From NCBI GenBank assembly GCA_965216565.1, contig OZ244170.1:896001-960000 (forward strand): 64,000 nucleotides of DNA, in the 5' to 3' direction. The translations under genes were made by a program, and so were the position numbers. Source of the stretch: Bythopirellula sp. GTDB taxonomy: Bacteria > Planctomycetota > Planctomycetia > Pirellulales > Lacipirellulaceae. The notes under the pieces were generated by a model, which was not told where the DNA came from, made no database searches, and was given only the letters and a program-made list of their open reading frames with translations. Below, one piece after another: positions 11,672 through 21,799 of the stretch (positions within the stretch are counted from its first letter, which is position 1; each line of letters opens with the position of its first letter).

Positions 11672-11927
11672 CAATACGGACGCTGGCAGGGGTTTGTTCG
11701 CCCCGCCGATTATCGCTGACTAACTCACTGAAATCGACTCCAGCCGTCTTCCGAAGCCGCAATTGCCCTGTGATTCAAGCGTCCTTGGGCCGAACGGCTA
11801 CAAATCGCCGTAAGGCCAACACTGGCTGAGACTTGGCGAAAAAAGATTCGACAATCTTGTCTGTCGGCCCCGGTTTTTGAGTTCAGGTAATCTGAGGGGA
11901 ATCGGGGGAATGCCAGGAGAGCTGGCC

Positions 11928-12380
11928 TTACACTCGAATGACGTCTGATTGCTGCTCGATGATCTCGAGTTGGTAGAGCTTTCCTTGATCGCATCCCGGG
12001 CAATCTTTGCCAGCTTCCTGCCAGGCTTGAGGGCTGCTCAGGTTGCTCTTCCAAAAGGGCCAAGTCCGACATTGGCGGGGGCGGTGCTCATAGACTTGGC
12101 ACTTTCGCGTATCTGGATCGAGAAACACACAGTCGTAGTTTCTCTTAGGCAGTTCCTTCAAACTCCGCCGGATGCCCACCCCTCGGACGAATCGACGCTC
12201 GAACTCAGCGGAGGAAATATCGAAATGGCCGGCTAGCGCGTCGATCTCTGCCTGATTGACCCAGATATAACCAGGTGCCCCGCTGCAACAATTCCCGCAG
12301 CCTGTGCACTCGAACCGCAGGCCCTTGTCATACCAGGGAGATTCGTCAGTGGTTTTCGATTCGGAAGATTGTTTGGCCAT
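11928..12380 (-). CDS. YkgJ family cysteine-cluster (CxxCxxCC) protein
   Basis: FECTGCGNCC ... CVFL ... CQVYEHRPRQCRTWPFW. Confidence 0.9.
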   Translation of the reverse strand: MAKQSSESKTTDESPWYDKGLRFECTGCGNCCSGAPGYIWVNQAEIDALAGHFDISSAEFERRFVRGVGIRRSLKELPKRNYDCVFLDPDTRKCQVYEHRPRQCRTWPFWKSNLSSPQAWQEAGKDCPGCDQGKLYQLEIIEQQSDVIRV

Positions 12381-12472
12381 CGTTTAACACGGCTTAGGGT
12401 AGGAAAGCTAAGTCTTCATCCCCACCCCCGTTTTCGGGGGAGGGGTTAGGGGAGAAGGAATTGATCTCAGGG

Positions 12473-13645
12473 TTAGTGATTTACCGAGGCCAACTCGGAA
12501 AGCAACTCGAGCGTCTGGTCAATCTCGGTGGAGGTGGTGGACCAACCGGGGCTCAGACGTACTGTGCCTCCGGATTCGAGTGTGCCGAGTGCCTGATGCA
12601 TTCGTGGAGCGCAGTGTAAACCGGCTCGCGTCTGAACGCCACCGGTGACATCGAGCGCGGCAGCCAATTCCTGGGGGTCATATCCTTCGAGAGTGAAACT
12701 CACGACGCTGGTTCGGTTTTCAGTTGTCTTCGGCCCATAGAGTTTCAGCCCTGAGATCGTCTGCAGTCCATTGAGAAGTTGATTGACGAGTTGCTTTTGA
12801 TCGGCCTCGATTTCGGCTACGCCCCGGCTCTCGACAAATTCCACAGCGGCTGCCAATCCGGCCAATCCCGGCAAATTGTGATTCCCCGCCTCGTACTTGT
12901 CGGGCATCGTATTGGGTTGTTGATCCGATTCGCTTGCCGATCCGGTCCCGCCATAGCGCAAAGGACGAATCTGTTGCTCGACGCCGGGGCGGATGTACAA
13001 CAGACCAGTCCCCAAGGGGCCTAATAAACCCTTATGCCCGGAGGCGGCGAGCAGGTCGATTCGATCAGCCTCGACATCGAGAGGCACGTGCCCCAGTGTC
13101 TGCGCTGCATCGACCAGCAGCAGGCACTCTGCCTCGCGGGTGATTTCGGCGATTCTACGAATCGGTTGCAGCGAGCCGGTAACATTCGATCCATGCAACA
13201 CTGCCACTAGTTTGGTTGAGGGCTTTATGGCCTGCTGAACCTCGTCGGGCGAGACGAACCCTTGGCTATCGCATTGGATGTAGCTGACCGAGATTTGTCC
13301 GTCGTCGGTGAGTGCCCTCAAGGGCCGCAGAACTGAGTTGTGCTCGCAAACGGTGGTCACAACGTGATCGCCCTCGCTCAAGCAACCAAGGATCGCCAGA
13401 TTGAGCGAATCGGTGCAGTTGCCGGTGAAGACCACCTGCCTGGGCTGCGAAGTGCCGATTATTCGAGCGGCGCCTTGCCGAGCCTGCTGAAGAATTCGAT
13501 TCGACTCCACCGCATGAGAATAGCCCGCGCGGCTTCCGGGAGCGCCGATCTCGCGCAGGTAGCGATCCACGGCCTCGTAAACGCATTCAGGCTTGGGCCA
13601 ACTTGTGGCGGCGTTATCGAGATAGATACGGCTCTGCACGCTCAC
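12473..13645 (-). CDS. cysteine desulfurase-family PLP enzyme (aminotransferase class V)
   Basis: IYLDNAATSWPKP, EHNSV, DAAQ, SGHKG, RAGLHCAP. Confidence 0.92.
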   Translation of the reverse strand: MSVQSRIYLDNAATSWPKPECVYEAVDRYLREIGAPGSRAGYSHAVESNRILQQARQGAARIIGTSQPRQVVFTGNCTDSLNLAILGCLSEGDHVVTTVCEHNSVLRPLRALTDDGQISVSYIQCDSQGFVSPDEVQQAIKPSTKLVAVLHGSNVTGSLQPIRRIAEITREAECLLLVDAAQTLGHVPLDVEADRIDLLAASGHKGLLGPLGTGLLYIRPGVEQQIRPLRYGGTGSASESDQQPNTMPDKYEAGNHNLPGLAGLAAAVEFVESRGVAEIEADQKQLVNQLLNGLQTISGLKLYGPKTTENRTSVVSFTLEGYDPQELAAALDVTGGVQTRAGLHCAPRMHQALGTLESGGTVRLSPGWSTTSTEIDQTLELLSELASVNH

Positions 13646-14661
13646 CCGCCGATCTGGTACATAGCACGGGCAGGCCGCTCGAACTCTTCCGTTCCTATGC
13701 CGTGAGCCGCAGCTTTGGCCCCGACGCAGTCCCGGACCAACTCTCGAAGCTCAGCGTCCGTGCCCCCCGTCCTGAGTAAATGGCGGGCATCCCATTCCGT
13801 GGTGGAGAATAAGCAGTTGCGTACTTGCCCTTCGGCGGTGATGCGCAGCCGATTGCAGGTATCGCAGAAGGGTTGGCTTACCGGGTTGATAAATCCGATT
13901 CTGCCGCGACCGTCCGTGAATTGATAGTCGGTGGCTGGCTGACTGGGATCGCTGCGATCTATTGGTTTAAGGGCACAAAAAGCTTCCTCCAGCCTGGAGC
14001 GAATTGTCTGCCCCGTGAGAACTTCCTCGTCTTGCCAATTGCCATCCGCATCGAGTGGCATGAACTCAATAAACCGCAATTCGAAATCGTGCTGACGGGA
14101 AAACTCGGCCAGCGGAACCAGTTCTTCATCCGTGAGACCGCGAATAGCGATTGCATTGAGGCGAATTCTCTCAAAGCCAACATCCCGCGCCGCAAAGATC
14201 CCGTCGAGAACCTTCTGCAGGCCCTTACGTCGGGAGATGCGTTCGAAGGTGGCTTCGTTGAGTGTGTCGAGACTCACGTTCAATCGATCGAGCCCCGCCG
14301 CTTTGAGTGGCGCAGCTTGTTCGGCTAACAAGATGCCGTTGGTTGTGAGTGCCAAGTCCTCAATGCCCGGCACAGCCCTAAGCATGCGAATGAGCTCGGG
14401 TAATCCACTGCGGACCAAAGGTTCACCGCCTGTCAGGCGAATCTTGTTCACTCCAAGGCTGGCTGCAACGCGAACGAATTGTTCGATTTCTTCGAAGGCT
14501 AATAGTTCCTCACGGGGTCGAAATACGACCTCTTCCGGCATGCAGTAGAAGCAACGGATGTTGCACCGATCGGTAACACTCACGCGGAGATTGCTGTGAA
14601 CGCGGCCGAAGCGATCGACAAGAAGGCTCTGGTCGTTCGTGTTGGCAGGGGAGATTGGCAT
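13642..14661 (-). CDS. moaA: GTP 3',8-cyclase
   Basis: radical SAM CNIRCFYC, LTGGEP, C-terminal FCxxCNRLR...C and terminal M.QIGG. Confidence 0.97.
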   Translation of the reverse strand: MPISPANTNDQSLLVDRFGRVHSNLRVSVTDRCNIRCFYCMPEEVVFRPREELLAFEEIEQFVRVAASLGVNKIRLTGGEPLVRSGLPELIRMLRAVPGIEDLALTTNGILLAEQAAPLKAAGLDRLNVSLDTLNEATFERISRRKGLQKVLDGIFAARDVGFERIRLNAIAIRGLTDEELVPLAEFSRQHDFELRFIEFMPLDADGNWQDEEVLTGQTIRSRLEEAFCALKPIDRSDPSQPATDYQFTDGRGRIGFINPVSQPFCDTCNRLRITAEGQVRNCLFSTTEWDARHLLRTGGTDAELRELVRDCVGAKAAAHGIGTEEFERPARAMYQIGG

Positions 14662-14666
14662 CGGAT

Positions 14667-15119
14667 CTACGGAGTGTGGGGCTCAGGCGTTTCGAGCACG
14701 GTTTGTTCGCCGCTGGGGTGAACCCATTCGCTAGTGCCATCGGCCCAATGTTCCTGTTTCCAAATGGGTACGCGATCTTTGAGTGTATCGATAAGCCATT
14801 GCCCGGCGTCGAAGCTTTCGCCCCGGTGGGGCGTTGCCACCCCGACAGCCACGCTGGCTTCGCCCAAAGGCACCAGGCCCAAACGGTGGACCAGAATGCA
14901 CTCTGCCAGCGGCCAGCGCTCGCGAGCCTCCTCTTCGAGCTTTTCCATTTCCTTAAGGGCCATTTCGATATAGGCGTCGTAGGTCAATTCCACCGTCTCT
15001 CGGCCATCGGTCATTCGACGAGCGACGCCCAAGAACATGACCACCGCACCCGCCTCGGGAGACTGCAGTTTTTGGAGCAGTGAATTGCCATCAATTGGTG
15101 CGTGTGTGATTTCTATCAT
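14667..15119 (-). CDS. moaE: molybdopterin synthase catalytic subunit
   Basis: GAVVMFLG..R, HRLG, PHR, LK..VPIWKQE. Confidence 0.95.
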   Translation of the reverse strand: MIEITHAPIDGNSLLQKLQSPEAGAVVMFLGVARRMTDGRETVELTYDAYIEMALKEMEKLEEEARERWPLAECILVHRLGLVPLGEASVAVGVATPHRGESFDAGQWLIDTLKDRVPIWKQEHWADGTSEWVHPSGEQTVLETPEPHTP

Positions 15120-15148
15120 GATACTCCGAGACTCTTTCCGGCAAACGA

Positions 15149-15394
15149 TCATCCACCACTGACTGGCGGGATGCAGGCAATATCTGAGTTTTCTGTGATT
15201 GGTGTTTCGTCCGACGCGTACTCGGCATCAATGGCAAACAGTGCCCCTGCGAGAAGCGACTGCAAGGAAGGAACGCTTTCGCTAACTTTTTTTCGTAGGT
15301 CCGCGACATTAGCGCCAACTGGGAGTTCTACCTCCAGGCTCTCTGTGGCGGCTAATTGCCGTGCGGCTGCAAATAGTTGCACGGTTACCCTCAT
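15149..15394 (-). CDS. moaD: molybdopterin synthase sulfur carrier
   Basis: 81 aa, ubiquitin-like, ends IPPVSGG. Confidence 0.93.
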   Translation of the reverse strand: MRVTVQLFAAARQLAATESLEVELPVGANVADLRKKVSESVPSLQSLLAGALFAIDAEYASDETPITENSDIACIPPVSGG

Positions 15395-18357
15395 GTTACC
15401 ACCAGTTCGCCACTCGTGCTATTGAGTGCATTGCGTAGTTCGGGCATTAAACCGTAGGCATGGGCAACAATTTTTACGGGGTGAATCGTGGGCTTGGTGG
15501 TTCCCTGCTCCATTTGAATTTTGCAGGTGCTGCATTCCGTGGTAGCAACGGCAAATTCACCTGTGCGGACGGCATTCAACAGCGGCAAACCGGCTCGTAA
15601 GCTATTGCGATAATTCTGGTGCTGAATGCCGTACATTCCTGCAATACCACTGCAGCCCTTTTCCAGATGTTTCACTTTCAAACCGGGAATCAACTCCAAT
15701 AAGTTGGACGCGGGAGTACCCGAACCAAGTGCCTTTACATGACACGGCACATGATACCCAATCGTGGTGGGTAGCGGACTGAAGTCGAGCTCCAGTTTTC
15801 CGCGTTGATGACAATGCCACAAATAGTGGCACGCCTCCATGGTATTGTCAGCCACCAGTTGAGCGTCGGTGTCCTCGGGTAGCAACGTGGAGTATTCGTG
15901 CGTTAACGCGAGGACGGCCGAGGGCTCGGTTGCCACAATCGTGTAACCCAGCCGCACCGCCTCAGCCAGAAGCGCGACGTTCGCTTCCGCCGCTTTGCGA
16001 GCCGGATCCAAGACACCCCGTGAGATCATCGGCATCGCCGCATGAACTTGCCGATCGGGAACGTAGACCGAGATGCCGTTATGCTCTAACACCGCCACCA
16101 AGGATTCGGCTAGCTGGGTGTCGCAGTAGTTGGCATAAGTATCGACGAAATAAAGGACCTTCTCGCCTTCGGTTCTTTGAGCTCGATTGATACGGCGCTG
16201 CACCGAACGAGTGAGAAATGGGCGATTGCTAAAGCGAGGCAGTTTTCGACCCTGAGCGATGCCGAGCGACTTCTCCATCACCCAACGCGCGATCCGATTG
16301 GCAATAGCCCAGTTCGCCAGTCTCGAGAAACGTGAACCAATCGCACAGAGGTCGTCGACGCGCGTCAGTAGCCAATCGAATAAGTGCTGGCTATTGGTTG
16401 CTACGTAAGAGGCCTTGGCTTCGATCATCAGTTTGGGGATATCGACTTCCGCCGGACATTCCAACCGACACATATGGCAATGCACACAAAGATCGGCGAC
16501 TTTTTTGAAATCGTCTTCCAGAATGGCACTGGCGGGCAGCGTGCCGGTGAGCAGCCCCCGCATAAGATTGGCCTTGGCCCGGGGCGAGGCCTCTTCACGC
16601 GGTGCGAAGCGAAAGATCGGGCACATGCGCGTCAATTCGGCGCGAGTCCGGCAGGTACCGCAACCGTTGCACACGCGAGCCGCATGGGCCATTTCTTCCG
16701 GTTGCCAATCGAGTTGCAATTGGGTTATTGCGGTTGTTGCCTGGCCATTGGTATCACCCGCAGCTGGACTTTCGGCGAGATCTTCCGCATAAGTTACCCG
16801 GCGCAGATTCTGAAGCGGTTTTTTATCCTGGGGAGGGACAATCTTCCCCGGGTTGAGCAACTCATTGGGGTCGAACAGTTCCTTGATTTCCGAGAATGCC
16901 TCGGTCAGCGGACCATACTGCTTTTTCAAATAAGGAGTGCGGCTAAGCCCGTCGCCATGCTCGCCACTAATCGTGCCTCCTGCATTCCACACTTCTCTAT
17001 ATATCTGATCGGCCAGTGTGCCAAGTTTAGCGACATCTGCGGGGTCCGCTACATCCAGGAACGGACGAATATGCAATTGGCCATGCCCCACGTGTCCGAA
17101 CAGCGAGGCGGTCACTTGCTGCTGCTTAAGAATTTGTTGCAAATGCTGGAGAAATTCAGGCAGGTGGTCCGGCGGCACGGCCACGTCTTCCACATAGGGA
17201 ACGGGACGCGTCGATCCTTTGAGACGATAGAGGGTCGGAACAAAACGCCGCGCTAATTGCCACAGCATTTCATGATCGATTTGGTCGAGTGCCAGATGCG
17301 ACCCTGAGAGCAGTTTGGCACGCTCTAGTTTGTTGATGGTTTCATTGAGTAGATCACGAATCTCGTCGATTGATTCGCCAGAAAACTCAACCAGCAGTAC
17401 GGCCTCAGCCACTTGGGGAATTAAGAATTCGTATCGCGGGTCGCTTTCGCGGGCCAAGCTCAGGTGGCGACGATCCATCATGTCGCAGGCTGAAGGCTCT
17501 AACTTGCGGATTTCTTGTACGGCACGAGCCGCATTGTCGATCGATTCGAAAAACAGCAAGACCGAGTTGCTATGGGTGGGAAGCGGAGAGGTTGAAACCG
17601 TTGCTGCGGTGATCAACCCCAGCGTGCCTTCGCTACCCGTCAGAAGTCTCGCAAGATGAAGTTTGCCATTCTCGCGGATGTCGTCTAATCGGTAGCCAGC
17701 ACAATTCACCAGGCTATGCGGCATGCGCTGTTCAATTTGCGCGTCGTGCTGGGACAGGATTTCGTCGACGCCGGTAACGAGTTTACCGACGAGCGATGTA
17801 TCGCCTTCCTGAGGTAGTTCGTGCGAAGCCAATTCCACAACATCGCCCGTGGCCATTACCACCTGCAGAGTGTGAACATGATTTCGGACCGACCCATAGC
17901 GGGCCCAACGACTGCCGCTGGCATCGAGGGCGACCATGCTTCCTATCGTGGTCACTTCGTTATTTGCTGGGTCGGGGCCAAACACGCGGCCCTGCTCGAC
18001 AAGTCGGCTATTCAAGCGATTCAGCACCACGCCGGCTTGCACGGTCACCAACCCATCGCCTTGGTAAGTGACGCGACGCATGTAACGCGAGAAGTCGACG
18101 ATCAATCCCTTCCCCAAGCATCCACCAGCCAACCCCGAGCCCCCGCCGCGCGGGTGCAGCGCTAACTCGTTCTCTGCCGCATATTTGACGGTGGCCACGA
18201 CATCGTCGAGAGTACGTGGGCGGACGACACCCAGTGGTGTCATTTCAAAGAGGCTGCCATCACTAGCATAGAGCGAGACGAACAACTCGTCGCACCGCAC
18301 CGCGCCAGAGATCTGACCACGCAAGTCTTCTTCGATGCGCTGTCGTTCGGCGTCCAT
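15391..18357 (-). CDS. FAD-linked oxidoreductase fused to Fe-S/CCG domains (YdiJ/GlcD-GlpC-like)
   Basis: RGGGSGL, GSEGTLG, SGEHGDG, CNGCGTC, CVHCHMCRLECP, C-terminal CCG-like motifs. Confidence 0.88.
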   Translation of the reverse strand: MDAERQRIEEDLRGQISGAVRCDELFVSLYASDGSLFEMTPLGVVRPRTLDDVVATVKYAAENELALHPRGGGSGLAGGCLGKGLIVDFSRYMRRVTYQGDGLVTVQAGVVLNRLNSRLVEQGRVFGPDPANNEVTTIGSMVALDASGSRWARYGSVRNHVHTLQVVMATGDVVELASHELPQEGDTSLVGKLVTGVDEILSQHDAQIEQRMPHSLVNCAGYRLDDIRENGKLHLARLLTGSEGTLGLITAATVSTSPLPTHSNSVLLFFESIDNAARAVQEIRKLEPSACDMMDRRHLSLARESDPRYEFLIPQVAEAVLLVEFSGESIDEIRDLLNETINKLERAKLLSGSHLALDQIDHEMLWQLARRFVPTLYRLKGSTRPVPYVEDVAVPPDHLPEFLQHLQQILKQQQVTASLFGHVGHGQLHIRPFLDVADPADVAKLGTLADQIYREVWNAGGTISGEHGDGLSRTPYLKKQYGPLTEAFSEIKELFDPNELLNPGKIVPPQDKKPLQNLRRVTYAEDLAESPAAGDTNGQATTAITQLQLDWQPEEMAHAARVCNGCGTCRTRAELTRMCPIFRFAPREEASPRAKANLMRGLLTGTLPASAILEDDFKKVADLCVHCHMCRLECPAEVDIPKLMIEAKASYVATNSQHLFDWLLTRVDDLCAIGSRFSRLANWAIANRIARWVMEKSLGIAQGRKLPRFSNRPFLTRSVQRRINRAQRTEGEKVLYFVDTYANYCDTQLAESLVAVLEHNGISVYVPDRQVHAAMPMISRGVLDPARKAAEANVALLAEAVRLGYTIVATEPSAVLALTHEYSTLLPEDTDAQLVADNTMEACHYLWHCHQRGKLELDFSPLPTTIGYHVPCHVKALGSGTPASNLLELIPGLKVKHLEKGCSGIAGMYGIQHQNYRNSLRAGLPLLNAVRTGEFAVATTECSTCKIQMEQGTTKPTIHPVKIVAHAYGLMPELRNALNSTSGELVVT

Positions 18358-18463
18358 AAGTGCTCGGGTTATTGCCTAGAGTCTCGGGCTTACTATCTCC
18401 CCTCTCCCGTCTGCGGGAAGGGGGCATTGGCTGTTGTAGACGCTTCGTTATTTGGTCAGCCAG

Positions 18464-18546
18464 TTTAGCCCCCGGCTCTGCCGGGGGAACAATTTCATGT
18501 GAAAATCAGCTGGCAATTTGATCCCCCGGCAGAGCCGGGGGCTAAA
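18464..18546. repeat. REPIN-like element with perfect 25-bp inverted arms
   Basis: tttagcccccggctctgccggggga (18464-18488) / tcccccggcagagccgggggctaaa (18522-18546); each arm is itself a hairpin. Confidence 0.9.
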
Positions 18547-18560
18547 ATTAATTACATGTC

Positions 18561-19037
18561 CTATGCCGGTGTGCGCGGCGAGTTTTCGTTCATCCGGGCG
18601 GCCAATTGTCTAAACTTCTCGTGCGTTTCCAAATCGAAACTGCCGTGGCTGTCCATATCTTCCACACCACGATACAACGCATTGCAGCGGTAACACATCA
18701 GGGCATCGCCCACGAACACATACAGCAACACGTCAATGAGTGCCGTGGCAAACAGAATTCCAAAGGTCCACAGCAAGTTTGTGTGATACCAGGCGATGGA
18801 ACTACCAATGATTCCGACCGCTACCAGTGCCACGCCGATTCGCTGAGGGAAATCCTTGCGGACGTATAGATCGGTACTAGGGCAAACCAAACAACGGCTC
18901 ACCCGCTGACCCTGAATCGCGTCTTGCGGCACGGCGAGTTGCTTGTCGCAGTGCAGGCAATCGAGGTGCCGCGTTTGCTCGTCAAACTCGGTGCGACTGG
19001 TGGCATCGCAATGCGGACAGGCGAAGGTTACGTTCAC
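18561..19037 (-). CDS. hypothetical membrane protein with four CxxC motifs
   Basis: CPHC, CLHC, CLVC, two TM helices, CYRC. Confidence 0.75.
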   Translation of the reverse strand: MNVTFACPHCDATSRTEFDEQTRHLDCLHCDKQLAVPQDAIQGQRVSRCLVCPSTDLYVRKDFPQRIGVALVAVGIIGSSIAWYHTNLLWTFGILFATALIDVLLYVFVGDALMCYRCNALYRGVEDMDSHGSFDLETHEKFRQLAARMNENSPRTPA

Positions 19038-19057
19038 GGGGATAAATGTTGCGATTT

Positions 19058-19151
19058 GGGTGAGTATGTGAGTAGGTGAGTAGGTAAGGGGGAAAGCGAG
19101 AGTAAGAGGCCACGATCAAATAGCAACCTACTCACTTACTCACCTACTCAC
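19058..19151. repeat. Inverted array of 8-nt repeats (GTGAGTAG / CTACTCAC)
   Basis: gggtgagtatgtgagtaggtgagtagg ... cctactcacttactcacctactcac. Confidence 0.75.
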
Positions 19152-19165
19152 GGCGTGAGCCCACA

Positions 19166-20020
19166 TTATAGCGGAAACAGGCTCTCGGCAGACAGTAGCA
19201 AGGCCATTGTTTCGCCGACAAAAGTACCGATCACCGCGACGTAGAGAATGCCAGTGGCGCTCTGGGTATTGGGGATCTTCAGCGTTTGCCATGCCATCCA
19301 TGTGAGCGCAGCCACGCCCACCAAACCGAACACCCAGCGCAGCAGAACGAATAGAATCCACTGGGTGGTGATTGTGTTGAGATTTGACAGTTCCCCCCAT
19401 AGTCCTAGCGCCGAAACCAAGGTTTGCAGCGCCACCGCCCCCGCCATCGCCGCCAGCAGGCGATACAGCGGCTTGAGTTCCATCGTGGGCGTGTTGAGAT
19501 ACCAATGCCCCAGGAGCATCGCAGCCATCGTGATGCCTAAGAGGAGGCCGGAAGTGATGGTGGAGATTGCTCTTAGCAACTTTGGATTGAAACCTGCAAT
19601 CTTGCGATGCTCAGTGTTCGCGCTATTCTCCCCTGAGATTCTCGATTCATCGACTTCTTGAACCGCATCGTATTTGTATTGGAAGTTTGAAGTTACAGAT
19701 TCTGAATCTACAACCACTTGGACAAAAGACCCGGCCAGTGCGTTAATAGCCACCATAATAAGCATAAACTTTCCCGCGCGCGGTTTTTCGTACAACCAGC
19801 ACACGGCCCCAACATAACTTGCAATCGCTGCAATTACACAATTGGTGAAAGTGTTTTCAGCAACCGAATAGGTCAGCAGTGCGGCCAGCGCACTCAACCC
19901 CAGCGTCACATACAGATGATTACGGTAATAGCCACTCGTCACGAGCTTCGGCGAAGTGATCGCCATGCCCGTCGCCAAGCCAAACGTCAACCGCAATAAG
20001 AACTGGACTAGAAGGGCCAT
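19166..20020 (-). CDS. multi-pass membrane protein with MLLGHWYL motif
   Basis: ~7-8 hydrophobic helices; conserved-looking GHWYL and NTQSATGILY motifs. Confidence 0.8.
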   Translation of the reverse strand: MALLVQFLLRLTFGLATGMAITSPKLVTSGYYRNHLYVTLGLSALAALLTYSVAENTFTNCVIAAIASYVGAVCWLYEKPRAGKFMLIMVAINALAGSFVQVVVDSESVTSNFQYKYDAVQEVDESRISGENSANTEHRKIAGFNPKLLRAISTITSGLLLGITMAAMLLGHWYLNTPTMELKPLYRLLAAMAGAVALQTLVSALGLWGELSNLNTITTQWILFVLLRWVFGLVGVAALTWMAWQTLKIPNTQSATGILYVAVIGTFVGETMALLLSAESLFPL

Positions 20021-20109
20021 GTTTAGTGTGAGATTTGTGATTGACGATGTATTAATTCGGTGGTCGTAGCGTTTCTGACATCATCAATCATAAATCAAAC
20101 ATCTCACAT

Positions 20110-20769
20110 TCACTTCCGTCCGTAGATGAGCGTCATCACTTCCGAGCGGCTGGAGAGATTCGAGCGAAACAGCCCTTTCATCGCCGATGTCACACATAAG
20201 CTACCCGGCTTGCGGACGCCGCGGATGGCCATGCAGGAGTGGGACGCTTCGATCACGACCGCCACGCCCTTCACATCGAGTTCCTCGATTAGCAAGTTAG
20301 CAATCTGCTCGGTCATCCGCTCTTGCACCTGAGGACGATGCGAGACTTCCTCTACGACGCGGGCTAACTTGCTGAGGCCCACGACCTTGCCGTTGGGAAC
20401 ATAACCGATGTGGGCGGTGCCGATGAAGGGCAGCATGTGGTGTTCGCACATACTGTTGAAAGCGATATCGCGGACCAGCACCATTTCGTCGTATTCTTCG
20501 GTGAAGAATTTCTGCAAGTGCTTCCGCGGGTCGGTGTGCAGTCCGCTAAACAGCTCAGCATACATCCGAGCCACACGAGCGGGCGTCTCCAAGAGCCCCT
20601 CGCGTTCTGGATCTTCACCGACGGCCGCCAAAATCTCGCGTACGGCATTTTCGATACGCGGCAAATCGACTTGCGGTGCAGCGGCTTGACCGTTGGACTC
20701 GGAAAGTTCGCCGGACAGGGAACCCAGGTCGGCGGCAGATTGATCGGGCTGTGCGGAAGACGATGACAT
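20110..20769 (-). CDS. folE: GTP cyclohydrolase I
   Basis: [44 protein letters not shown]. Confidence 0.97.
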   Translation of the reverse strand: MSSSSAQPDQSAADLGSLSGELSESNGQAAAPQVDLPRIENAVREILAAVGEDPEREGLLETPARVARMYAELFSGLHTDPRKHLQKFFTEEYDEMVLVRDIAFNSMCEHHMLPFIGTAHIGYVPNGKVVGLSKLARVVEEVSHRPQVQERMTEQIANLLIEELDVKGVAVVIEASHSCMAIRGVRKPGSLCVTSAMKGLFRSNLSSRSEVMTLIYGRK

Positions 20770-21021
20770 GGAGATATTCGGTTAGCGTAGAAGGAACGGG
20801 TATCTTGGGAATCGGGCAGGTATAACTTCCGACTTCTCCTGTTCCCCTCACCTCGCCTTGGCGAGTCGCCGAAGGAGACCTACCCTCTCCCCACGGGGGC
20901 GAGGGGGGAATGAGAAGTTATTCCTGCCCGATTCCTTGTTCAACTGATCCTACGCTGCGCACGTAGCGAGCGTCAACCGATTGCGGAGGGCGGAGCTCAC
21001 AATTCAGCCCGAAAGGGCAAG

Positions 21022-21738
21022 TCAATTCGTGCTAAACGGCGGCAGATAACTGGCCCGCGGTGCGGGGGGCTCGTCGCCGATCGTGAAGTCGAGCGATTCG
21101 ATAGCCTCGAGCAGTAAGGTAGCGCGACGATCGACGTTGCATTCTCCCAGCAGTCGACACTTTTCCTTGAAGTCGAGCGGTGCGGCAAAGCTTACCAAAT
21201 CGGTCAGCACGCTGAGCGGTACCTCCGAGGAGAGCAACTCGCGTAGAGCTGGGTTCGTTGGTTGGTCACCGGGCAACGATTCCTCGAACTGCTTCGTGAG
21301 CATCGTTTGCAGGGTCAATCGCTTCTCGTCGTTCTCCGTTGGCAGGTAGTCATCGACCAAGCTCACTTCGGCTTCGCGAAATGCGCGGACGGGTGGCAGT
21401 TCGTTCTCGATCTTGATTCGCTTTAGACCCAGCAGTAACACATTGTAATTGCCTTCGTCTGTGCGATGGTGCGTCACAATGCGTCCCAAGCAGGCGTGGG
21501 GTAATAGCGACGGGCGGCTTTCGTATTCTGGTTCCCAACCGGGCTGCAACATCGACATCGCAATCAAGCCATCGCTATCGAGCGCCTCGTTCAACATCTC
21601 TTTGTATCGCGATTCGAAAATATGCAGTGGCTGCATCACGTGTGGAAACATCACCAGATTCGGAACCGGAAACAACCGCACTTTGCCATTGAATCGGTCG
21701 GCATCGAAAGTCAAATCTTCAACATTCCACGGGAGCAT
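21022..21738 (-). CDS. LON peptidase substrate-binding domain protein
   Basis: LFPVPNLVMFP...PLHIFE.RY. Confidence 0.88.
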   Translation of the reverse strand: MLPWNVEDLTFDADRFNGKVRLFPVPNLVMFPHVMQPLHIFESRYKEMLNEALDSDGLIAMSMLQPGWEPEYESRPSLLPHACLGRIVTHHRTDEGNYNVLLLGLKRIKIENELPPVRAFREAEVSLVDDYLPTENDEKRLTLQTMLTKQFEESLPGDQPTNPALRELLSSEVPLSVLTDLVSFAAPLDFKEKCRLLGECNVDRRATLLLEAIESLDFTIGDEPPAPRASYLPPFSTN

Positions 21739-21799
21739 ATTTGTATTGCCTTGTTGAGGGTTTGTGTTTGTTGCAGAGCCAAGAAGTACGATTGTCGAT

